From: Macrostomum hystrix
Taxonomy: Eukaryota; Animalia; Platyhelminthes
Length of the DNA: 64,000 bases
Direction: 5' to 3'
NCBI GenBank assembly: GCA_950097015.1
Contig: CATNEN010000038.1
Span: forward strand, 3,596,001 to 3,660,000
Shown: positions 10,826 to 22,133 of the stretch, piece after piece
Position numbering within the stretch: position 1 is the stretch's first letter
How the letters are laid out: each line of letters opens with the position of its first letter
The notes under the pieces: model-generated
The model's input: only the letters and a program-made list of their open reading frames with translations
What the model was told of the DNA's origin: nothing
Databases searched by the model: none
Translations under genes and position numbers: made by a program

Positions 10826-13800
10826 TTTTCAGCTTCTTTTGACCACCAGATTCAGTGAGGTGACGAAAAGTACTTTTAAAATGGGAGATATCAGAGTGGG
10901 GGGGACTCGAGGGTCTACAACTCCGAGACGCGAATAGTCAGGGCTCTGAAATTTTACAGCCGTGTTCACAGATAATGTTTCCTTCCAGATCTGAGTTTTT
11001 AGCTTCTTTTGACCACCAGATTCAGTGAGGTGACGAAAAGTACTTTTAAAATGGGAGATATCAGAGTGGGGGGGGACTCGAGGGTCTACAACTCCGAGAC
11101 GCGACTAGTCAGGGCTCTGAAATTTTACAGCCGTGTTTACAGATAATGTTTCCTTCCAGATCTGAGTTTTTAGCCTCGTCTGACCACCAGATTCAGTGAG
11201 GTGACGAAAAGTACTTTTAAAATGGGAGATATCAGAGTGGGGGGGACTCGAGGGTCTACAACTCCGAGACGCGAATAGTCAGGGCTCTGAAATTTTACAG
11301 CCGTGTTCACAGATAATGTTTCCTTCCAGATCTGAGTTTTCATCTTCTTTTGACCACCAGATTCAGTGAGGTGACGAAAAGTACTTTTAAAATGGGAGAT
11401 ATCAGAGTGGGGGGGACTCGAGGGTCTACAACTCCGAGACGCGACTAGTCAGGGCTCTGAAATTTTACAGCCGTGTTCACAGATAATGTTTCCTTCCAGA
11501 TCTGAGTTTTCAGCCTCGTCTGACCACCAGATTCAGTGAGGTGACGAAAAGTACTTTTAAAATGGGAGATATCAGAGTGGGGGGGACTCGAGGGTCTACA
11601 ACTCCGAGACGCGACTAGTCAGGGCTCTGAAATTTTACAGCCGTGTTCACAGATAATGTTTCCTTCCAGATCTGAGTTTTCAGCTTCTTTTGACCACCAG
11701 ATTCAGTGAGGTGACGAAAAGTACTTTTAAAATGGGAGATATCAGAGTGGGGGGGACTCGAGGGTCTACAACTCCGAGACGCGACTAGTCAGGGCTCTGA
11801 AATTTTACAGCCGTGTTCACAGATAATGTTTCCTTCCAGATCTGAGTTTTCAGCTTCTTTTGACCACCAGATTCAGTGAGGTGACGAAAAGTACTTTTAA
11901 AATGGGAGATATCAGATTGGGGGGGACTCGAGGGTCTACAACTCCGAGACGCGACTAGTCAGGGCTCTGAAATTTTACAGCCGTGTTCACAGATAATGTT
12001 TCCTTCCAGATCTGAGTTTTTAGCCTCGTCTGACCACCAGATTCAGTGAGGTGACGAAAAGTACTTTTAAAATGGGAGATATCAGAGTGGGGGGGGACTC
12101 GAGGGTCTACAACTCCGAGACGCGACTAGTCAGGGCTCTGAAATTTTACAGCCGTGTTCACAGATAATGTTTCCTTCCAGATCTGAGTTTTCAGCTTCTT
12201 TTGACCACCAGATTCAGTGAGGTGACGAAAAGTACTTTTAAAATGGGAGATATCAGAGTGGGGGGGACTCGAGGGTCTACAACTCCGAGACGCGACTAGT
12301 CAGGGCTCTGAAATTTTACAGCCGTGTTTACAGATAATGTTTCCTTCCAGATCTGAGTTTTTAGCTTCTTTTGACCACCAGATTCAGTGAGGTGACGAAA
12401 AGTACTTTTAAAATGGGAGATATCAGAGTGGGGGGGACTCGAGGGTCTACAACTCCGAGACGCGACTAGTCAGGGCTCTGAAATCTTACAGCCGTGTTCA
12501 CAGATAATGTTTCCTTCCAGATCTGAGTTTTCAGCTTCTTTTGACCACCAGATTCAGTGAGGTGACGAAAAGTACTTTTAAAATGGGAGATATCAGAGTG
12601 GGGGGGACTCGAGGGTCTACAACTCCGAGACGCGACTAGTCAGGGCTCTGAAATTTTACAGCCGTGTTCACAGATAATGTTTCCTTCCAGATCTGAGTTT
12701 TCAGCTTCTTTTGACCACCAGATTCAGTGAGGTGACGAAAAGTACTTTTAAAATGGGAGATATCAGATTGGGGGGGACTCGAGGGTCTACAACTCCGAGA
12801 CGCGACTAGTCAGGGCTCTGAAATTTTACAGCCGTGTTCACAGATAATGTTTCCTTCCAGATCTGAGTTTTTAGCCTCGTCTGACCACCAGATTCAGTGA
12901 GGTGACGAAAAGTACTTTTAAAATGGGAGATATCAGAGTGGGGGGGACTCGAGGGTCTACAACTCCGAGACGCGACTAGTCAGGGCTCTGAAATTTTACA
13001 GCCGTGTTCACAGATAATGTTTCCTTCCAGATCTGAGTTTTCAGCTTCTTTTGACCACCAGATTCAGTGAGGTGACGAAAAGTACTTTTAAAATGGGAGA
13101 TATCAGAGTGGGGGGGACTCGAGGGTCTACAACTCCGAGACGCGAATAGTCAGGGCTCTGAAATTTTACAGCCGTGTTCACAGATAATGTTTCCTTCCAG
13201 ATCTGAGTTTTCATCTTCTTTTGACCACCAGATTCAGTGAGGTGACGAAAAGTACTTTTAAAATGGGAGATATCAGAGTGGGGGGGACTCGAGGGTCTAC
13301 AACTCCGAGACGCGACTAGTCAGGGCTCTGAAATTTTACAGCCGTGTTCACAGATAATGTTTCCTTCCAGATCTGAGTTTTCAGCTTCTTTTGACCACCA
13401 GATTCAGTGAGGTGACGAAAAGTACTTTTAAAATGGGAGATATCAGAGTGGGGGGGACTCGAGGGTCTACAACTCCGAGACGCGACTAGTCAGGGCTCTG
13501 AAATTTTACAGCCGTGTTCACAGATAATGTTTCCTTCCAGATCTGAGTTTTCAGCTTCTTTTGACCACCGGATTCAGTGAGGTGACGAAAAGTACTTTTA
13601 AAATGGGAGATATCAGAGTGGGGGGGACTCGAGGGTCTACAACTCCGAGACGCGACTAGTCAGGGCTCTGAAATCTTACAGCCGTGTTCACAGATAATGT
13701 TTCCTTCCAGATCTGAGTTTTCAGCTTCTTTTGACCACCAGATTCAGTGAGGTGACGAAAAGTACTTTTAAAATGGGAGATATCAGATTGGGGGGGACTC

Positions 13801-16800
13801 GAGGGTCTACAACTCCGAGACGCGACTAGTCAGGGCTCTGAAATTTTACAGCCGTGTTTACAGATAATGTTTCCTTCCAGATCTGAGTTTTTAGCCTCGT
13901 CTGACCACCAGATTCAGTGAGGTGACGAAAAGTACTTTTAAAATGGGAGATATCAGAGTGGGGGGGACTCGAGGGTCTACAACTCCGAGACGCGAATAGT
14001 CAGGGCTCTGAAATTTTACAGCCGTGTTCACAGATAATGTTTCCTTCCAGATCTGAGTTTTCATCTTCTTTTGACCACCAGATTCAGTGAGGTGACGAAA
14101 AGTACTTTTAAAATGGGAGATATCAGAGTGGGGGGGACTCGAGGGTCTACAACTCCGAGACGCGACTAGTCAGGGCTCTGAAATTTTACAGCCGTGTTTA
14201 CAGATAATGTTTCCTTCCAGATCTGAGTTTTTAGCTTCTTTTGACCACCAGATTCAGTGAGGTGACGAAAAGTACTTTTAAAATGGGAGATATCAGAGTG
14301 GGGGGGACTCGAGGGTCTACAACTCCGAGACGCGACTAGTCAGGGCTCTGAAATCTTACAGCCGTGTTCACAGATAATGTTTCCTTCCAGATCTGAGTTT
14401 TCAGCTTCTTTTGACCACCAGATTCAGTGAGGTGACGAAAAGTACTTTTAAAATGGGAGATATCAGAGTGGGGGGGACTCGAGGGTCTACAACTCCGAGA
14501 CGCGACTAGTCAGGGCTCTGAAATTTTACAGCCGTGTTCACAGATAATGTTTCCTTCCAGATCTGAGTTTTCAGCTTCTTTTGACCACCAGATTCAGTGA
14601 GGTGACGAAAAGTACTTTTAAAATGGGAGATATCAGATTGGGGGGGACTCGAGGGTCTACAACTCCGAGACGCGACTAGTCAGGGCTCTGAAATTTTACA
14701 GCCGTGTTCACAGATAATGTTTCCTTCCAGATCTGAGTTTTTAGCCTCGTCTGACCACCAGATTCAGTGAGGTGACGAAAAGTACTTTTAAAATGGGAGA
14801 TATCAGAGTGGGGGGGACTCGAGGGTCTACAACTCCGAGACGCGACTAGTCAGGGCTCTGAAATTTTACAGCCGTGTTCACAGATAATGTTTCCTTCCAG
14901 ATCTGAGTTTTCAGCTTCTTTTGACCACCAGATTCAGTGAGGTGACGAAAAGTACTTTTAAAATGGGAGATATCAGAGTGGGGGGGACTCGAGGGTCTAC
15001 AACTCCGAGACGCGACTAGTCAGGGCTCTGAAATTTTACAGCCGTGTTCACAGATAATGTTTCCTTCCAGATCTGAGTTTTCAGCTTCTTTTGACCACCA
15101 GATTCAGTGAGGTGACGAAAAGTACTTTTAAAATGGGAGATATCAGATTGGGGGGGACTCGAGGGTCTACAACTCCGAGACGCGACTAGTCAGGGCTCTG
15201 AAATTTTACAGCCGTGTTCACAGATAATGTTTCCTTCCAGATCTGAGTTTTTAGCCTCGTCTGACCACCAGATTCAGTGAGGTGACGAAAAGTACTTTTA
15301 AAATGGGAGATATCAGAGTGGGGGGGACTCGAGGGTCTACAACTCCGAGACGCGACTAGTCAGGGCTCTGAAATTTTACAGCCGTGTTCACAGATAATGT
15401 TTCCTTCCAGATCTGAGTTTTCAGCTTCTTTTGACCACCGGATTCAGTGAGGTGACGAAAAGTACTTTTAAAATGGGAGATATCAGAGTGGGGGGGACTC
15501 GAGGGTCTACAACTCCGAGACGCGACTAGTCAGGGCTCTGAAATCTTACAGCCGTGTTCACAGATAATGTTTCCTTCCAGATCTGAGTTTTCAGCTTCTT
15601 TTGACCACCAGATTCAGTGAGGTGACGAAAAGTACTTTTAAAATGGGAGATATCAGAGTGGGGGGGACTCGAGGGTCTACAACTCCGAGACGCGACTAGT
15701 CAGGGCTCTGAAATTTTACAGCCGTGTTTACAGATAATGTTTCCTTCCAGATCTGAGTTTTTAGCCTCGTCTGACCACCAGATTCAGTGAGGTGACGAAA
15801 AGTACTTTTAAAATGGGAGATATCAGAGTGGGGGGGACTCGAGGGTCTACAACTCCGAGACGCGAATAGTCAGGGCTCTGAAATTTTACAGCCGTGTTCA
15901 CAGATAATGTTTCCTTCCAGATCTGAGTTTTCATCTTCTTTTGACCACCAGATTCAGTGAGGTGACGAAAAGTACTTTTAAAATGGGAGATATCAGAGTG
16001 GGGGGGACTCGAGGGTCTACAACTCCGAGACGCGACTAGTCAGGGCTCTGAAATTTTACAGCCGTGTTCACAGATAATGTTTCCTTCCAGATCTGAGTTT
16101 TCAGCCTCGTCTGACCACCAGATTCAGTGAGGTGACGAAAAGTACTTTTAAAATGGGAGATATCAGAGTGGGGGGGACTCGAGGGTCTACAACTCCGAGA
16201 CGCGACTAGTCAGGGCTCTGAAATTTTACAGCCGTGTTCACAGATAATGTTTCCTTCCAGATCTGAGTTTTCAGCTTCTTTTGACCACCAGATTCAGTGA
16301 GGTGACGAAAAGTACTTTTAAAATGGGAGATATCAGAGTGGGGGGGACTCGAGGGTCTACAACTCCGAGACGCGACTAGTCAGGGCTCTGAAATTTTACA
16401 GCCGTGTTCACAGATAATGTTTCCTTCCAGATCTGAGTTTTCAGCTTCTTTTGACCACCAGATTCAGTGAGGTGACGAAAAGTACTTTTAAAATGGGAGA
16501 TATCAGATTGGGGGGGACTCGAGGGTCTACAACTCCGAGACGCGACTAGTCAGGGCTCTGAAATTTTACAGCCGTGTTCACAGATAATGTTTCCTTCCAG
16601 ATCTGAGTTTTTAGCCTCGTCTGACCACCAGATTCAGTGAGGTGACGAAAAGTACTTTTAAAATGGGAGATATCAGAGTGGGGGGGACTCGAGGGTCTAC
16701 AACTCCGAGACGCGACTAGTCAGGGCTCTGAAATTTTACAGCCGTGTTTACAGATAATGTTTCCTTCCAGATCTGAGTTTTCAGCTTCTTTTGACCACCA

Positions 16801-19800
16801 GATTCAGTGAGGTGACGAAAAGTACTTTTAAAATGGGAGATATCAGAGTGGGGGGGACTCGAGGGTCTACAACTCCGAGACGCGACTAGTCAGGGCTCTG
16901 AAATCTTACAGCCGTGTTCACAGATAATGTTTCCTTCCAGATCTGAGTTTTCAGCTTCTTTTGACCACCAGATTCAGTGAGGTGACGAAAAGTACTTTTA
17001 AAATGGGAGATATCAGAGTGGGGGGGACTCGAGGGTCTACAACTCCGAGACGCGACTAGTCAGGGCTCTGAAATTTTACAGCCGTGTTCACAGATAATGT
17101 TTCCTTCCAGATCTGAGTTTTCAGCTTCTTTTGACCACCAGATTCAGTGAGGTGACGAAAAGTACTTTTAAAATGGGAGATATCAGATTGGGGGGGACTC
17201 GAGGGTCTACAACTCCGAGACGCGACTAGTCAGGGCTCTGAAATTTTACAGCCGTGTTCACAGATAATGTTTCCTTCCAGATCTGAGTTTTTAGCCTCGT
17301 CTGACCACCAGATTCAGTGAGGTGACGAAAAGTACTTTTAAAATGGGAGATATCAGAGTGGGGGGGACTCGAGGGTCTACAACTCCGAGACGCGACTAGT
17401 CAGGGCTCTGAAATTTTACAGCCGTGTTCACAGATAATGTTTCCTTCCAGATCTGAGTTTTCAGCTTCTTTTGACCACCAGATTCAGTGAGGTGACGAAA
17501 AGTACTTTTAAAATGGGAGATATCAGAGTGGGGGGGACTCGAGGGTCTACAACTCCGAGACGCGAATAGTCAGGGCTCTGAAATTTTACAGCCGTGTTCA
17601 CAGATAATGTTTCCTTCCAGATCTGAGTTTTCATCTTCTTTTGACCACCAGATTCAGTGAGGTGACGAAAAGTACTTTTAAAATGGGAGATATCAGAGTG
17701 GGGGGGACTCGAGGGTCTACAACTCCGAGACGCGACTAGTCAGGGCTCTGAAATTTTACAGCCGTGTTCACAGATAATGTTTCCTTCCAGATCTGAGTTT
17801 TCAGCTTCTTTTGACCACCAGATTCAGTGAGGTGACGAAAAGTACTTTTAAAATGGGAGATATCAGAGTGGGGGGGACTCGAGGGTCTACAACTCCGAGA
17901 CGCGACTAGTCAGGGCTCTGAAATTTTACAGCCGTGTTCACAGATAATGTTTCCTTCCAGATCTGAGTTTTCAGCTTCTTTTGACCACCGGATTCAGTGA
18001 GGTGACGAAAAGTACTTTTAAAATGGGAGATATCAGAGTGGGGGGGACTCGAGGGTCTACAACTCCGAGACGCGACTAGTCAGGGCTCTGAAATCTTACA
18101 GCCGTGTTCACAGATAATGTTTCCTTCCAGATCTGAGTTTTCAGCTTCTTTTGACCACCAGATTCAGTGAGGTGACGAAAAGTACTTTTAAAATGGGAGA
18201 TATCAGATTGGGGGGGACTCGAGGGTCTACAACTCCGAGACGCGACTAGTCAGGGCTCTGAAATTTTACAGCCGTGTTTACAGATAATGTTTCCTTCCAG
18301 ATCTGAGTTTTTAGCCTCGTCTGACCACCAGATTCAGTGAGGTGACGAAAAGTACTTTTAAAATGGGAGATATCAGAGTGGGGGGGACTCGAGGGTCTAC
18401 AACTCCGAGACGCGAATAGTCAGGGCTCTGAAATTTTACAGCCGTGTTCACAGATAATGTTTCCTTCCAGATCTGAGTTTTCATCTTCTTTTGACCACCA
18501 GATTCAGTGAGGTGACGAAAAGTACTTTTAAAATGGGAGATATCAGAGTGGGGGGGACTCGAGGGTCTACAACTCCGAGACGCGACTAGTCAGGGCTCTG
18601 AAATTTTACAGCCGTGTTTACAGATAATGTTTCCTTCCAGATCTGAGTTTTTAGCTTCTTTTGACCACCAGATTCAGTGAGGTGACGAAAAGTACTTTTA
18701 AAATGGGAGATATCAGAGTGGGGGGGACTCGAGGGTCTACAACTCCGAGACGCGAATAGTCAGGGCTCTGAAATTTTACAGCCGTGTTCACAGATAATGT
18801 TTCCTTCCAGATCTGAGTTTTCATCTTCTTTTGACCACCAGATTCAGTGAGGTGACGAAAAGTACTTTTAAAATGGGAGATATCAGAGTGGGGGGGACTC
18901 GAGGGTCTACAACTCCGAGACGCGACTAGTCAGGGCTCTGAAATTTTACAGCCGTGTTCACAGATAATGTTTCCTTCCAGATCTGAGTTTTCAGCCTCGT
19001 CTGACCACCAGATTCAGTGAGGTGACGAAAAGTACTTTTAAAATGGGAGATATCAGAGTGGGGGGGACTCGAGGGTCTACAACTCCGAGACGCGACTAGT
19101 CAGGGCTCTGAAATTTTACAGCCGTGTTCACAGATAATGTTTCCTTCCAGATCTGAGTTTTCAGCTTCTTTTGACCACCAGATTCAGTGAGGTGACGAAA
19201 AGTACTTTTAAAATGGGAGATATCAGAGTGGGGGGGACTCGAGGGTCTACAACTCCGAGACGCGACTAGTCAGGGCTCTGAAATTTTACAGCCGTGTTCA
19301 CAGATAATGTTTCCTTCCAGATCTGAGTTTTCAGCTTCTTTTGACCACCAGATTCAGTGAGGTGACGAAAAGTACTTTTAAAATGGGAGATATCAGATTG
19401 GGGGGGACTCGAGGGTCTACAACTCCGAGACGCGACTAGTCAGGGCTCTGAAATTTTACAGCCGTGTTCACAGATAATGTTTCCTTCCAGATCTGAGTTT
19501 TTAGCCTCGTCTGACCACCAGATTCAGTGAGGTGACGAAAAGTACTTTTAAAATGGGAGATATCAGAGTGGGGGGGACTCGAGGGTCTACAACTCCGAGA
19601 CGCGACTAGTCAGGGCTCTGAAATTTTACAGCCGTGTTCACAGATAATGTTTCCTTCCAGATCTGAGTTTTCAGCTTCTTTTGACCACCAGATTCAGTGA
19701 GGTGACGAAAAGTACTTTTAAAATGGGAGATATCAGAGTGGGGGGGACTCGAGGGTCTACAACTCCGAGACGCGACTAGTCAGGGCTCTGAAATTTTACA

Positions 19801-19828
19801 GCCGTGTTCACAGATAATGTTTCCTTCC
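10826..19828 (-). repeat. 170-bp tandem satellite, right inverted arm (~53 copies)
   Basis: Reverse complement of the left-arm unit, with a 170-bp period. Confidence 0.98.
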
Positions 19829-22133
19829 TTATCATTGCTCTCAGCTGTATATGATGTACGAGTAATAATCCTGCGAAGCGCAAAAGTGAGGTTGTATTTT
19901 TAGTTTTTTTGATGAAGGTTACGATGATTATAAAAGTAATAAATTATACAAACACATTTAATGAGGTGAGTTTTGAGTTGTGATTTTAGTAGTTGCGATA
20001 TTTAGTAAACCGCTTTTTGTATTCGTTTACTCAGTTGGTTGAGTAAATTTGTTTTATTCTATGAAAAAAATATATTAGAAAACGTTTTGTGAAAGTAAAC
20101 CATTTTTTGTGTGTTGTGCGCAAGTCCGTCGATATTTATCAATTTTATTCTCAATAATGATATTTTCGGACCGATATATAAGTATTTCATCTGTTAGAAG
20201 TCTTTTTATTAGTTGCTTGTCGATTTTTTGTTGGCTATAACATAATTTTTTTCTGGTACTGGTTCTGGTACTGGTTCTGGTACTGGAAGTATAGACGTGT
20301 TCAGCCAGTCACTTCCAGTGTTGTTTTCTTCATTTTTAAAATAGAAAGTGGAATTGCTGATTTTCTTTATGTAAGCTCCAAATAATATATATAGATGAGA
20401 TAGGCATAGGGCCTAGCTAGTTGCAATAGCTAGCCATCAGTATTCATCACTCTGAAAATTCTGCAAACTTTTAGATATTCCACTAAACCAAAATAGTGAA
20501 ATATGTTTTTTAATGTAGTAATTAAAGTGAATGTTAGTTTGTTTATTTAGAAAATAGAAAGTCCATGACTACAAAAACCCCACAATAGCTGTGATTGGCC
20601 CCAAGATTCCAAGAATGAGAAAATGTTGTCATCATAGTTGCCACTGCTGCGCTATTTTAGCTATTCTCAATTGCCTGCGCTATTGCGCTACTATTTGCAA
20701 AACATGACCAATTCTGCGCTGAAATGTGATTTCTGTCACAAGTTGAGCTTTATGCGATTGTTTTTCTCTCGCCAGACTGATTCTGTACATTGGAGGAGGG
20801 GCAGAGACTTCTAGAAATAACAAAGCTGTTACTTCTAGAAGTCTCTGGCTGCAGTAAACAAGTTTGTGCACTTCCATCTGCCCCTAAAAATGCCGGCCTC
20901 AACTTGCAGGGAAAACAGTAGTCATTGCTGTGCCTTGCTTGCGGGTCCAGTCGTTATTTCTAGAAGACTCTGGAGGAGGGGTTGCAGTTAGATTGCCGAC
21001 CCCTGGTGTAACCCCATGTTTATTTTGACGCTTCTCTTACCCCAACTTTAAAGTCAAACGCCACAGCTCACTTGCTATTGGCTGGGCTGTGAATCTCTCC
21101 CTCGTCCACTTTTCTACCCAAAGACTAAAAAGGATTAAGGCCTACCCCATGGATGTCTTCTGTCTGGATTTCTTCCCCCTCCCTTTATACTTAAAACCCT
21201 TCTGAGACAAATCAATTTTTTGCTAAAAAATAAACAGGTTTCTTATTCAGTGCACATTAATTTATGCTGCCTTTTGCTGTCATTGTCTGGATGACAGACA
21301 GTAAGAGGGAGAGAAAGAAGCAGTTGGGCGTGGGCGGGGGCCTGGGCAGCAAAGGGGGTCACATATATCGCATGTTTTGTCATTTGGGTGAACCTGCGCT
21401 ATTTTTACCTTTCTGCGCTACTAATTTCTTCACGACCTGTGGCAACTATGGTTGTCATATTCCCTGCTTTTTGAATTGGCTCTGTGTTTCAGTATTTGGT
21501 TTTATGTTTTTACTTTTTAGGCAAAGTTTATACTGTAGCTAGACCCCGGTAGTTATATTTATTGTTAACAACCAAATAAGTAGGAAAACAAGGTTTAACA
21601 TGGCCTAACAAGGTTTTAAAGTTAACTGTTGTCTTTTATATAGACCACAATAATAAATATGCTATGCAAGAGATGTTAATAAACAGGCATACAAATAGAA
21701 CAGATAAGACTAACTAAAGGATTTCTAATTAAGAATCAAAGTTTTCGTAAAAATCGGCCTAATTTTTATAGAATTGGTTAGCTGTAGATAGATAAACAGG
21801 GCTATATAAATAGATTTTTATTCCTAAAAGTAGGCCCCATTAAACTGTAGCTTATTGTTTCATTTATTACTGTCATAGCAAATTTTCAGTTGTACATCAA
21901 ATTTTGGCATATACTAAGTACCTGAGACAACATTTAAATTGAGTTTCTGTATGTTACAGTCAAAAATAAGTTATTTCACTTTCATTTGCATGGCTAAAGT
22001 CCTGGAATCCATTATGAATATTTTTTAGGTATTGATCTCAATCCAGTGCCCTACCCTATGTAAGATTAATCTGAGTCATTTTCTATCATTGGTATTGACC
22101 TTGCAGCTGTTTATCTAGCTTTGGAGTTAAGCC

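Larger units (their letters stand above)
1..19846 (+). mobile_element. Giant Foldback/FB-NOF-like Mutator (MULE) DNA transposon with satellite-built inverted arms; left end lies outside the window
   Basis: The same 170-bp unit is arrayed forward at 1-5672 and reverse-complemented at 10826-19828, flanking a transposase gene. A short unique tail ending ...CTCTCAGCT at 19846 is the putative terminus. Confidence 0.8.

Noticed and set aside
1-19828. 170-bp arrays as a CRISPR array or tandem RNA genes
   Set aside because: There are no unique spacers or cas genes, and no recognisable 5S, tRNA or snRNA motifs. The context is eukaryotic.
20790-21005. Possible small hAT-like element (ttgccgacccctg end, internal inverted ttctagaaataa)
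   Set aside because: No matching left terminus or TSD could be identified.
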